Source: the human T2T-CHM13v2.0 reference genome, Homo sapiens. From it: a DNA stretch of 64,000 nucleotides. The stretch lies in NCBI RefSeq assembly GCF_009914755.1, contig NC_060934.1; one strand, written 5' to 3'. The position numbers and the translations under genes were made by a program. Under the pieces are notes generated by a model that did not search any database, had not been told where the DNA came from, and worked only from the letters and a program-made list of their open reading frames with translations. Shown in pieces: positions 16,470 through 30,810 of the stretch; within the stretch, counting starts at the first letter, position 1; each line of letters opens with the position of its first letter.

Positions 16470-16680
16470 ATAGTAATACTCAAATTTGACAAATGTTCTC
16501 TATTTTCTAAGTCTTGGGCAAAAAGGGTCATTTCATTAAATCTGAACAGAAATCTCATGACATAGGTACTATGATTATTCTTGCCTAATAGATATAGAAA
16601 CAGATGCCAAAGTATCTCACTCAAGATTATATGACTCATAAGTGGCAAAGCTGGTTTTTAAACTCTCATCTAACTTACTA
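16470..16680 (-). mobile_element. MIR
   Basis: ataggtactatgattattc...agaaacagatgcc...taagtggcaaagctgg matches the reverse MIR core. Confidence 0.7.
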
Positions 16681-18229
16681 CGAACCCCATAATTCAAATA
16701 TTATTTCAAATAATAATATTATTTTAAATATTTTAAGTAATTTCTATTTTAAATAATTTGATTAAAGACCAAATGCCTTGCCTTCTTTTCTAGAATAAAT
16801 GCAAGCTACCAGTTCCTTGCACTAGCCTAGGCCAGTCTTGTAACTGAAACCCATTGGATTCAAAATCTATTTCAAGTACTTAACTTTCTTCTGAAAATTC
16901 CCTCAGCTATAAATTTGAGGTTGGTGATAATTGCAAAGATGCCAGGGAAATTTATAATCATTACTGAACTAATCCTTTTGAAAATATAAAGCAGCATTAA
17001 ATGTTAATATTACTAATCTTTCTAATTAGATAAAGGGGCAAATGTGTCCAAAAAGTCTGTAACTAAGTTCATTACTCTCATTTATGCAGCTAAGCTTAAG
17101 TTCTAACAAATGTATGTTTTAAGTTGATTAAAAATATGGTTGGCTGCATTTATAAATACCCATTATTAACAGGCTATATTGGTAAATATATTTTTGCTCT
17201 TATGACAAGAGAATGATGTACTTTGGTCAAAAAAATTATACCTCAATAATTATCTGCTCTCCTTCTATTTTTATTTGCAATAGAAGTGTATTTATTCATG
17301 CATTTGTATTCCTATTGAATGAAGGATGTTATGTCACTTGCATTGGGTACATAGGCATCCCTTTTGACAAATAAAATCAGAATCTAAACTACAGAACCAG
17401 GTTAAAGTGGGAACAGAAGTACAATTTTAATAAAGGCCAAAGTTTTGCTAGTGTTTCACTTAAAATTTGTTTTTAAGCTTTCTGAATGTTCTCTCAAAGA
17501 TAAAGACTTAATCATATATGTACCTTTTTTGTATTGTTAACAGGGAAGAAACATACTAATATGAATGGTATTACATACATTATACATGTTATACAAGAGA
17601 AGAAAATTATATATTCAAGATAAACATTTTTATAATCACAATACTTCAACATAAATATGTTCAATATAGTAAAGATGGAGTTTGTATGATTTGTCAAGCA
17701 AATTCTTCTCAATTATGTTTACATTCTATTTAAAATCAACATTAATGTTGACAATATTCATATATAAGGCTTTTTAATTATTTAAATGGGTTCAAATTTG
17801 CTGTGTTCAGTATTATTAGTAAGAAAAGTAGGCACTGGTACGGAAAAATATATATTTTTAGCTCCCTTCTATGAGTGTTTCCATTAAATGCTATGGTCTC
17901 ACAGTTTTACATGCCTCTCACCACCTCACTGCTCTTGTTGCCTATAATATTTTATTAGTTTAATCCTTCTGAAATAATCCTGGTCATTCAAAACCAATAC
18001 ATCAAAATCTTCTAGAGTGAACAAAAGAAAAAACATTTGTGAAGATTAAAAGAAAAAGGAGACTTCTCAGATATAATAACTTTAAAGAATACATATTACA
18101 ATGGTGGTTTGATATAAAGATAATTTAGATCCATCTACTTTGAAAAGATGCTTTCTTGACAGTTGAAATTTTTTACACTATTTTAAGTGTTTTCCTCAAG
18201 AATTTCTTGTTAAGAGGTCGTTTGTTAGC

Positions 18230-18305
18230 TTTCAAGTTCCTTGAGGCCTGGGTCTGAAAGAGTATCTGAACAGTGGGTGCTCAGTACAGGTTTGTTGAAT
18301 TGAAC
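18230..18305 (+). mobile_element. L2 3' end fragment
   Basis: aagttccttgaggcc...gggtgctcagtacaggtttgttgaattgaa. Confidence 0.6.
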
Positions 18306-19215
18306 CAGAATAATGTCAGTCATATCAAAAAAAGAATAAGAGGGAAAAAGAAAGAAAGCAGAGCAAATGAACCGCTTTGGTTTTGACACTTGTACAAGTG
18401 CTGAATCGACAGCATATGGCCAGGTATAACCTAGTGTGTGAGTGGGAAGGTGGATTAATCTGGGCTGACCTTTTCTAATGGACAAAGCAACTTGGATCCT
18501 CTATTTTAAAGCGCTTAAAACTTTGATGTAGGAGGTGTTACATTATTTGGTCTTGACTTGTCATAGGCCTCTGTCACCTTATTAGCAAATGCAAACCTGG
18601 GGCTACCTTTTTTGCCTATCTGGTAGATATTTATGGCAAAGACAGCAATAAGGAATTCCAGAAAATAAGTTGCTGGCAGCTAAGACTCTTTTACTTATCT
18701 GAATGGTACCAAACCCACAAACTTCTTTGTGAGGTTTGCAAGTTGCCTGCTTCTGAAAATTTTTACTGTTCAAAGCTGACATTAATTCAAAGCTACCAAG
18801 TATTATAGATGGCTTGCCAAAATACAATATGGATCGTAGTTTGTATAAAAACAAAAATGAAACAATTAAAAGAAACCCCACACACATAAAGAAAGCTCGC
18901 ACAAATGCAAGAAGACCATGAGATGGTGTGTCTTAGTTCTGGTATGACAATAACAATTTAATGTCAATTCATAATTTTATTAAGATGGGAGTCATAATGA
19001 TCATGTGCCATGTGAGAATATTTGAGACAGATCAAAGAAGAGAAAAAAGAATAAAACCTCTAGTATTACCAAACCTTTGCTCTATTATCATTTCTGAAAA
19101 AAAAAATTGTAAAACTAAGAAAAACTGGGACATTTTGAAGAAAATGAAGTCAAAAAGGTGAATATAAAATTTTGCTCTAGCAACACTATGAAAAACTGTT
19201 CGAAATAAAGGAATA

Positions 19216-20905
<1,690 letters not shown>

Positions 20906-21589
20906 AAATAATAATATCATGATACTGTTCTTAACAGTTCATCTCAATTTTGTAGACTTATATGCTTCTGCCACATGTTAACTTGTCTTGGTAGTAAAAA
21001 GACAAAAACAGATGGATGCTGATTGCTTAATGGCAGAAATATTTGTCTGTAGTTTTTGCTACTTTATAAAATATTACAAAGGAATTCAGAGGTGGGCCAA
21101 AACCTCAAACTTAATTGAAACTCTCTAGTGTTGTCTGACAAATTAAGATTGTAAGTCACTTTATTATACAGCATCTGGTCATATGGTATATCATCAATGC
21201 CAATTATTTCTTTTTTCTTTAAAAACTACAATCACTACATATACACAGTTCCTGCACTCCTAGTAAGAGGTTTTGTTATACATAGAAGTAAGCAAGTTTA
21301 ATGTACTCATTTCCTAAGAAATAAGAGAATTATCAATGTTAATGTTAGCCAAAAACGTGTTCTTAATGCTCAGTTTGTACCTATCATTAAAATTTAATAT
21401 AATCTAACCCAATTATCAAAAAATAAATAAAACAAAATCTCACAAAGAGGTTCCATTGCCTTAACTTATCTAGCAACTATATAATAACATTTATCTTCTA
21501 TCAAAAACACCGAGATAGTTTTCATTTTAGCAATTTACTTGTTTGGCACTCTACATACATTGCTTCATAAAATATTTAAGGTTATGATA

Positions 21590-21872
21590 GGCAGTCCTGG
21601 TGTGGTGGCTCACACCTGTCATCCCAGCTCCTGAGTCCAGAAGTTTGAGAACAGCCTGTACAACATAGTAATACCCCATCTCTACCAAAACTACAAAAAA
21701 ATTAGCCAAGCATAATGGTGTGCACCGATAGCCTAAGTTACTCTGGAGGCTGAGGTAGGAGGCTTGCTTGAGCCCAGGAGATGGAGGCTTCAGTGAGTGG
21801 AAATCAGGCCACTGCACTCCAGCCTGGGTAACGGAGTGAGACTCTCTCTCATAAATAAATACATAAATAAAT
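21590..21872 (+). mobile_element. AluJ with internal deletion in left arm
   Basis: (TAAA)n tail; TSD aa(g/a)gttatgata at 21578-21589 and 21873-21884. Confidence 0.9.
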
Positions 21873-22559
21873 AAAGTTATGATAGGTAGAACTTTTTCAG
21901 TATTTAAAAAAAAGGTAAGTGGTCATCATCCACATTTTTCAGTAAAGAAAAAAGCAAGGGGTCAATAATTAAACATAATTAATTAAAATAAAATTCAAGA
22001 TTTAAAGGAATATCCTATTTGACAAACTTTTGCTTTCTTTTTCTGTGAAAATCTCACCTGAAGATGTCTGAGTATCAGGGGAGGAGTAAGGAGGAATAGG
22101 CAGGAAAACCTGGCTAGGAGCAGGATGTTTAGCTTTCATTTGACACACAGCTGTCAAACTGCACTGTGTGTCCTTTTCCATTGTAAACAGTCACATAATA
22201 CATAACAAAAAAATTTTAAAAAGCAATGCATGTATACTTCTAGTTTATATGTTGATTTATTTGAAGAGTCGTAAATTATTAAATACTAAGATATACTGTA
22301 TTAGATGTGTAATACACATACGTTATATATACATGACATATATGTATACATGCTACACTTGTTTTCATAGACATTGAGTTCTATACATGTAAATTAAAGT
22401 GATAAGGATTTTCAAGATCTCACTGAAAGAATACCTCTTAGAGTGAAAATCATAAATGAATATACATAACGTATTTCTAGTAGAAAAATGAATTCCCTTG
22501 TCTAGATGCAGTCAGTCGTGAGAAAAAAATAAAAGGAGGAAGATATCTTTAGAGATTTC

Positions 22560-23060
22560 TTATTGCGCCGGTATTTTTCATTTGCCCTGGCAAGTCCAAT
22601 CTCTATTCTTCTCAAACTTGCTCTGTGCACCCAGGAGGCTGAAATATACAATGTATTATTTCCAGGGCTCCCTTACTGCCTGATGTCAGTGGGGTTCAGC
22701 CAATAAAAAGCAGGAGCAAGTGACTGGAGGAAGAGAGAAGAACAAGAACTGGAGGAAGAGAGAAGGGTTTGGTAAGTAGTTACACTCCTGGCTCCCTCCT
22801 GCTTCTAGGAATGCTGGCATTAACTATTTCCTTGACCAAAACTCAAAGATCCAGCCAGGCAGCTCTGTCCTCACAAGCTTCTCTGTCTATGGATTTTAGT
22901 AAATTATTTACCTCTCCCCTATAGGACTAGGAATGATACCAGGGTCCCTTTATTACTAACTGAGAGGTTCTAGACTATTCTTGTGTGGCTTCCCTGTGGG
23001 GTGCCCAAATCTTTATTCCATGTTTCTCAAGTTACCACATCAGTTATCTTTTGGAAACCT
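22560..23060. mobile_element. LTR33-like ERVL LTR
   Basis: gctctgtgcacccaggaggctga...ggctccctt...gggttcagccaat...ggctccctcctg motifs; contains a short ctggaggaagagagaag duplication. Confidence 0.65.
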
Positions 23061-25830
23061 GAATGCACACCTAAAATATCTAGAAATTTGAGACCTTTGT
23101 TTTCTGGATCTTTTTCAAGAATTAGTTTAGGTGCTGACTTGATAGGAATTTAGCAGAGTATTTTTTCAAAAATACACTTAAAACTACGTCAAACTGTTAT
23201 TTAATTATGTAATATATTTGTTGCTTTATCTAATTAGATTTGCATTTCTTATATATACCATGCATATAAAAATATATTTGATACAAATTATAATACAAGG
23301 CATACAAAACTAGACCATTATAATAACAGAACATTTTCTAAAGAGATTTTAAAAGTGTAAGTCAAATGCCTTAACGTAATACTACTTCTAAAGTGTATTC
23401 TAAAGAAATAATCTTCTATGTGTGGTTAGATTTAACTACAGAAATATTCATTGTAACCTTTCTTTAGAAGTGAATATTGAAAACTGAAATAAATCTAAAT
23501 GTCCAACTTTATAATTGCTAGTTATGGAATACTAACAAATGAAATCCATGCTTTTAAAATAGCATTTAGTGACCCAAATATATGTTCAAAATACGTATAA
23601 AAGAAAAACTGGTATGTTATTAAAGAAGATAGAATAAAATTTCTTTTCCAAAATGTATGCTAACAAGACAGTTTTGAAACTTCCGAAAACGAAAATGTTG
23701 TTAGGTAATATTTTCACTAAAATTAAATTTTCTGTTTGCTGAGATTATAGGTGTTTCTAACAAATTTTACTGTTGTTTATGTATGCTATAGACACTGAAC
23801 ATGTATAATTTATGTATCAAGGAAAAAATCAGTAAGTTCAATTTTTTCAATAAAAATTAAAAGTCACATAATATATCCGAGAAGATAAAGACGAATTACA
23901 CTTTATCTGACAAAAGAGAGTGCATGGTTTATGGAGAGAGACAATTTTTTCTCTGGTTTTAGCTCTAAGATATAAAAGGAATTTATTGTATACATCTGGA
24001 AATAAGAGGTACTGAATACCTAAAATATATTAAGATTAATTACTGTTTTAGCTTTTTTTTTAACAGTATAGAAGTATTGTGTGATGACTTATCTTATCAA
24101 CCATTGAAAGAGCCATTTTCAAAGACTGATTAAAATAGAAGACTTCCATAAACAATTTTCACCGAAGCATTGAAAACTATTATCTAAGATTAAGAAAATA
24201 CTTTTCTAGGGATCCCTCATATCTAGGGATCTAATTACCATTAGATCCACCTCATATAATGGAATTAGGACAACCCAAAGATCTGGATGATTGAATTGTC
24301 ATTTGGGGATTATTACCATCATACAGCTCAGTTTATGGCAATTTCTATACATGTATTTAGTATTAATTGAAGGAAACTCATAGGAATTAGATGTCAGACA
24401 TGAGGACTACATACATATCTTTAGAGTGCTTGTGTCCTAAACTGAAAAGTGTATTTTAAGAGTCTGGGATATGAAACCAACTTTTTCTCTATTCTTGTCA
24501 AATCCATGTCATTCTAGCTACTGACATAATTTGCACAATATAAGTACAAATAATAATGAGCAAATTTATGTGAAAATATGTTTCCAGTGTACAGGTAGTT
24601 TTAACCATTCTTTTTACAAGAAATGTGTGTGTGTGTGTAAATGTCTTAATTGTTATAATGATTAAGTCATTCACAGATGTGTTAACAATGTTTTCTCCAT
24701 GTAGACAGAGTGATAATAATTTGTATTACATTTTAGAGTTGTTTGATGCAAATAAATAAGAACTCAAAATTTTTTTGAGGTTAAACTTCAAGAAGATGAA
24801 AGGAAAACTAAAATCACAAAGTAAAATATAATTAAAACATTTCAACTAAGAAAAAAGTAAAAAGTTAGGCTGTCTAGACAATGTTTGAAGTTTAAGTTGG
24901 TTAATTGCAATGGAAAAACTGCTAATTACCACAAATAGTAATTTAGAGACATAAATATTATACAGGTGTGGCTGCAGGAAGTTGATTTTAATCAAACACA
25001 TTTGGCGTTTCCAATGTTGCAAAAATTACAATTGTAAACACTGTCCAATTCAATCAAATGTTATGTGAATTTTAAGTGAGTCTCAGTAAATTATACTGTA
25101 TAAAAACAGGATTTTTACTATGGATCATAATTGCTAATGTGTTTCATACTCGATGTTGAAATATAAATCAATTCACTCTCTTATTTGGTTTGGAAATTTA
25201 AGAAGACAATTCAAATTTCCCCTGATACACTCTACCAGTGTCACTGGACTGGTGATGTGACAAGAAAGGTCTTCTGTAGAACTGAACTGCAATAATATGG
25301 AGACTGTAACAAAATTACATATGTACCTAAGAATATTGACTTTAAAAGCCTTCTTCAGATTGCAGCATTGATTTCTAGATCTGTTGGGAACTGGCTGCCT
25401 TACTTAATGTAACAGTCTTGGCAATAGAATAATCATATTTATCACCCATGGATAATTAATTTTTAATCATTGAAATTCACTGAAATATGTTGAATATGAA
25501 AACTATACAAATATAATTTTGTATGCTACGATAAGTTTCAGATTCTTTGAAATTTTATTCTAACCATCAATCATAATGGTATAGTATGATAAAGGTAGAA
25601 CATGTAATTATAAATTCAACATTTAGGAAGTTTATTTTTCTCTTCTTTTTAATTATCTCAAAATGATCTTGATTTCTGCAAAGTATTAGTATATCTGGTA
25701 GGTGAGAGTCTATTTCTTTTAAACTTCATCTGTATTAACCAGCTTTATACCACCAAAATGTCCCCCAAATTTAAAACTTTACACAGTAAGGCCTTATATG
25801 CACACCTGGCCTCATTTCAAAAGACTAAAG

Positions 25831-25996
25831 CAGTGGTTCTCAAATTCAGCTGCACATTAATAGAAACTGGAAAACTGTTTAAGCTCCTGATACAAAGCCA
25901 CATGTCAGACTAATTTATGCTGAATCACTGGGCCAAGGACCCAGACATCAGTATTTTTAAAAACTATGGAGGAATAACCAGGATTAAGAACCACTG
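25831..25996. mobile_element. MER5A/B hAT-Charlie MITE
   Basis: TIRs cagtggttctc ... aagaaccactg, ~165 bp. Confidence 0.85.
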
Positions 25997-26834
25997 CACA
26001 AAATGGTAAATGCAACTTTTATTTAAGTTATTTTTTTAAAGAAATAATGGTTGAATTGATACTGATCTTAGTACCAAGTCACGGCAATTTTTTCTGACTT
26101 AGAGAATTCATCCTGGCGTTAAGATTATTAAAGAACCTAGAAATTCAAGTGTTTTTGTTTACATTTTTCCTGTAAATATTAGAGTATGCTAGTGCTCAGC
26201 CTTATTTGATAATTTTGGAAAATATATTAAACATTTGAGATTAAATATCAAAAATCTCTAAAATAATTTTAGAAATACCATTCTTCTATGAAATAAGTAA
26301 GCTCAGTCAAGATACATATTATAGTGCCCATTTAAGAACGTCTAATAATAATGTTTGCACTGCTTAAAGATTAGGTTGATAAATTAATTATTGTTGATTC
26401 TACTTGCATAATCAACAGACACCTAGAGATGGAGTCTTAAGTATAGACACAGAAGTTGAATACTTTTAAGAACTTTTAAATTTACGTCCTGGTTAAATCT
26501 TACTCTAAAATTATGTTGCATGGTTGTGATTAGTACATGTGTGATTAGAACCGTCTTTCTCAGGTTATTACACCACCATATAGACACAGCAAAAATAATA
26601 AAATTAAAAATAAAGCAAGAAAAATAATGTAACACTTTATTGGCTTTGAGATAATTATTTTGAGATCCTAATCCTACCAAAACATTCTGCTTTTCTTAAT
26701 TTGATCCTACTTTTTTTTCTTTGCTCGTTTTAATAAAGGATGAACCAATATCCTGAGAAATTTTCAAACAGGGCTGAGTATAACACTCAGTCCCTAGATC
26801 TCACTGTATTTTAGAAAAATTGTAAAGTATTTCA

Positions 26835-27020
26835 AATAATGAGTAAAGTTTCAACTCTGCACCATTGTGTCTTTGTAATACAGGGAAAGTCACTTCACTT
26901 CTCTCCCTCTCTCGTTTTTGGCATATGCAAGGCAGAGAAAATAATATCTACTCCAGCTATCCCATAGGTTATTATAAAATATAATAAAAGATAGAAAATC
27001 ACTTTATAATATTCAAAGTA
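26835..27020 (+). mobile_element. MIR
   Basis: gggaaagtcacttcacttctct...aaataatatctact...ataggttatt core similarity. Confidence 0.6.
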
Positions 27021-27277
27021 TTAAAAAAGTAAGGCATGATTATATGTGGGATTAACAGCAGTTTGTTATTTACCATTTAATGTATTTTAATGTACGTTTT
27101 TGCCATATTTAAAAATTATAATTTTTACATTTTGATTTTTAATTGAAAGAGTAATAGTATGACATTATGCCATGTTATATCTGATGCCATTATGTCAAAC
27201 AAACAAACAAAAGCATTTTAAACTATTTGGAATATGATAAAAATAAATCTTTTAACTATGATAATACAGGTTTTTGA

Positions 27278-27437
27278 GGATTTAGTTTGTACAGCAAAAA
27301 CAGAGGCAATAAAGGCAAAAATAGATAAACAGGATTACTTAAAACTATAAAGCTTGTGCAGAGCAAAGGAAACAGGAGGGTGGAGGGTGGAGAGACAACC
27401 TACAAACTGGGAGAAAATATTTGCAAACCTTATATCT
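27278..27437 (+). mobile_element. Short old L1 ORF2 fragment abutting the NUMT
   Basis: ggcaaaaatagataaacaggattac...gagacaacctacaaactgggagaaaatatttgcaaaccttatatct. Confidence 0.85.
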
Positions 27438-27451
27438 CAATGTACTAGTGA

Positions 27452-28233
27452 CTATCACCCTAATAACTAGTCACGGGAGCATTGTCATGCATTTCGTATT
27501 TTTTAATTTTCGAGATGCTGCCACTTACCATGGCGGGAGCCTGATCCCTGCGGAATCGATTGTGGCTGGACTTATCTTGAATATTCTGAGTCAACATACC
27601 CAACCATAAGGTGCTAATTCATTCATGCTTGAAGGGCATAACAATCAATACACGTTCACGCACACAAGTACGTTCACGCACATACGTACGTTCACGCACA
27701 CGTACGTTCACGCAGATACGTTCACGCATAATTTAAAGGACTACTTCTGATTAAATCCGAAAATCCACCCTCCCTCCATCTCTGACTTTATTGTTAAATT
27801 AGGTAAGAGGTACCCTTGCCGACCCCCAGAAACAAGATACTTAAATTGAACCTAGTCAGAACCCTAAAAATCATAATTTAACCATGAACACTCCAACACT
27901 AGCCCCTCGATTAACGTAATTTTCTAAAAAATCCCAATATTCTCCAACCAAATAAAATCTCCTATTTATATGTTAACTAAATTTCTGTCTTAATACTTAT
28001 ATAATACTTCAAGCATCCCTCTCTGAAAAGTGTGTATCCCAGATATTATAGTCCTAAATCAAATATAACTTCAACTACAAATGTCACCTTAGCCAAAACC
28101 TCTGCTAATTCAACTTTTTTAAAGGCCCTAAACTTCCAGGACTGCAAATGACCACTTCAGATTTATACCCAACAAGATTCTACCCTGACATCCCCCTAGT
28201 ATTTCAAAATACCACTCAAATGTTTTTCATCCA
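27452..28233 (+). other. NUMT copy of control region with CSB1 (~27615-27641), CSB2 (~27761-27777), CSB3 (~27817-27837)
   Basis: taattcattcatgcttgaagggcataa; aaatccaccctccctcc; tgccgacccccagaaacaaga, in canonical order upstream of tRNA-Phe. Confidence 0.85.
27652..27728 (+). repeat. Tandem array, 5 x ACGTTCACGCA core (period 14-18 bp)
   Basis: Cores start at 27652, 27670, 27688, 27704 and 27718. Confidence 0.95.
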
Positions 28234-28304
28234 GTTAATGTAGCTTAATTATTTAAAGCAAGGCACTGAAAATGCCTAGATGGGTCCGCAAAACCCCATA
28301 AACA
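28234..28304 (+). pseudogene. mt-tRNA-Phe (GAA) nuclear pseudogene
   Basis: gttaatgtagcttaa...ggcactGAAaatgcc...ccccataaaca; anticodon at 28268-28270. Confidence 0.92.
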
Positions 28305-28926
28305 TAGAAGTTTGGTCCTGGCCTTTTTATGAATTCTCAGTAAAATTACACATACAAGCATCCCCGCCCCAGTGAGAATGCCCTCCAGATCACCTGGTTC
28401 AAAAGAAGGAGGTATCAAGCACGCATAAACGCAGCTCAAAACACTTTGCTCGACCACACCCCTACGGGAAACAGCAGTGATAAATTTTAATTCATAAGTG
28501 AAAGTATGACTAACCTATACAATATTTAGGGTTGGTAAATTTTGTGCCAGCCACCGCGGCCATACGATTAACCCAAGCTAATAAAACTCGGCATAAAGAG
28601 TGTTTAAGGTCTTCAGTCAACAAAGTTAAGCTCTATCTAAATCGTAAAAATCTCCAGCTGAAATAAAATATACTACGAAAGGGACTTTAATGTCCTGAGG
28701 ACACAACAGCTAAGGCACAAACTGGGATTAGAAACCCCACTATGCTTACACAAATAGTTATATTAACAAGACTGTTCGCCAGAGTACTACATGCAGCAGC
28801 TTAAAACTCAAAGGACTTGGCGGTGCTTTATAGCCTTCTAGAGGAGCCGGTTCTATAATTGATAAACCCCGATATACCTCACCATCTCTTGTCACTCAGC
28901 CTATATAACACCAGCTTCAGCAAACC

Positions 28927-28977
<51 letters not shown>

Positions 28978-29274
28978 AACACAAGTATGCACTAGGTCAA
29001 GGTGTAGTCCATGGGATGGTAAGAAATGGGCTACATTTTCTACATCCAGAAATATCTCACAATAACCTTCATGAAATCTAAATGTTCGAAGAGGATTTAG
29101 TAGTAAATCAAGAACAGAGTGCTTGATTGAATAAGGCCATAAGGCAAGCACACAAGCCCGTCACCCTCTTCAAGTAGTGCTCTAGAAATCACTATTATTA
29201 ATAATTGCTTACACACATACAGAGGAGATAAATCGTAACACGGTAAGTGTACTGGAAAGTGCACCTGGATAAAC
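28305..29274 (+). pseudogene. mt 12S rRNA nuclear pseudogene
   Basis: Conserved SSU motifs gtgccagccaccgcggccatacg, aaactgggattagaaacccc, aaactcaaaggacttggcggtgc, aatcgtaacacggtaag. Confidence 0.95.
28931..28974. repeat. (TA)22 microsatellite inside the 12S pseudogene
   Basis: Directly visible. Confidence 0.97.
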
Positions 29275-29343
29275 CAAAGTGTAGCTTAACCCAAAGCACT
29301 CGGCTTACACCCGGAAGATTTCATTACAACCTGATCGCTTTGA
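29275..29343 (+). pseudogene. mt-tRNA-Val (TAC) nuclear pseudogene
   Basis: caaagtgtagcttaacccaaagca...ctTACac...gctttga; anticodon at 29306-29308. Confidence 0.92.
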
Positions 29344-30305
29344 GCCAGCTCCAGCTCCAAGCCTTGCTAAAAAATATTATTAGAACTACTTAAATCAAAC
29401 CATTTACCCTCGACAAAAGTATAGGAGATAGAAATTACTTATTCTGGTGCAATAGATATAGTACCGTAAGGGAACAATGAAAGAACTATATCAAGCACCA
29501 AAAAGCAAAGACAAATCCTTGCATCTTTTGAATAATGAATTAACTAGAATAAACTTCACAAAGAGAGCTCTAGCCAAGTCCCCCAAAATCAGAGGAGCTT
29601 CTCCAGAACAGCTAGAAGAGTACACTCATTTATGTGGCAAAATAGTGAGAAGATTCATTAGTAGCAGTGACAAGCCTACGGAGGCTGGTGATAGCTGATT
29701 GTCCAAGGTAGAATTTTAGTTCAACTTTAAACTTAACCTACAGAATTACTTAATCCTCCTGTAAGTTTAACTGTTAAAGGGGGACGGATCTTCAGATACT
29801 AGAAAATAACCGTCCTATAGAGAGTAAAAGATTTTACCACCATAATTGGCCTAAAAGCAGCCACCAATTAAGAAAGCGTTTAAGCTCAACATCTGACTAA
29901 CTTCATTTCTAATCACCCTGTTAAACTCCTAATATTACATTGGACTAATCTATTATTCAGTAGAAGCAATAATGTTAGTGTAAGTAACATTAAGACATTA
30001 TCCATTGCATAAGCTTACATCAGACCAGAATAATCCACTGACAGTTAACAACCTAATATTAACAAATGATTAATAGACATCTTATTATCTTTATTTTAAC
30101 CCAATACAGTCATGCTCTAAGGAAAGATTACAAAAAGTAAAAGGAACTCGGCACATTTCACCCCATCTCTCTACCAAAAACATCACCCCTAGCATTGCTA
30201 GTATTAGAGGCACTGCCTGCTCAGTGACATATGTTTAAGGGTTGCGGTATCCTGAACTTGCAAAGGTAGCATAATCACTTGTTCCCTAAGTAGGGACTTG
30301 TATGA

Positions 30306-30380
30306 ATGGCCACACCAGGGTTTAGCTGTCTCTTACTTTCAACCAGTGAAATTGACCTACCTATGAAGAGGCGGGTATAA
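30306..30380 (+). CDS. MTRNR2L5: Humanin-like 5 small [27 protein letters not shown] (24 aa); translation not demonstrable from sequence
   Basis: Hand translation atg gcc aca cca ggg ttt agc tgt ctc tta ctt tca acc agt gaa att gac cta cct atg aag agg cgg gta taa; 19/24 identical to humanin [24 protein letters not shown]; matches the HN5 peptide as I recall it. Below the ORF-track size cut-off. Confidence 0.85.
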
Positions 30381-30488
30381 ATAAATAGGAGAAGACCCTG
30401 TGGAGCTTGAATTCATTAATGCAAATAGATTCAAACAAGCCAACAGGCCCCAATGTATCATCCCTGCATTAAAAATTTTGGTTGGGGT

Positions 30489-30810
<322 letters not shown>

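Noticed and set aside
18710-18738. 12-bp hairpin caaacccacaaa/tttgtgaggtttg
   Set aside because: Short and bulged; plausible by chance in 64 kb.
27652-27728. CRISPR-like repeat-spacer appearance
   Set aside because: Intervening segments are 3-7 nt and related to each other; eukaryotic context, no cas genes; it is a tandem repeat.
29477-29698. 73-aa ORF in 16S region
   Set aside because: Chance frame in rRNA-derived sequence; no similarity to a peptide I recognise.
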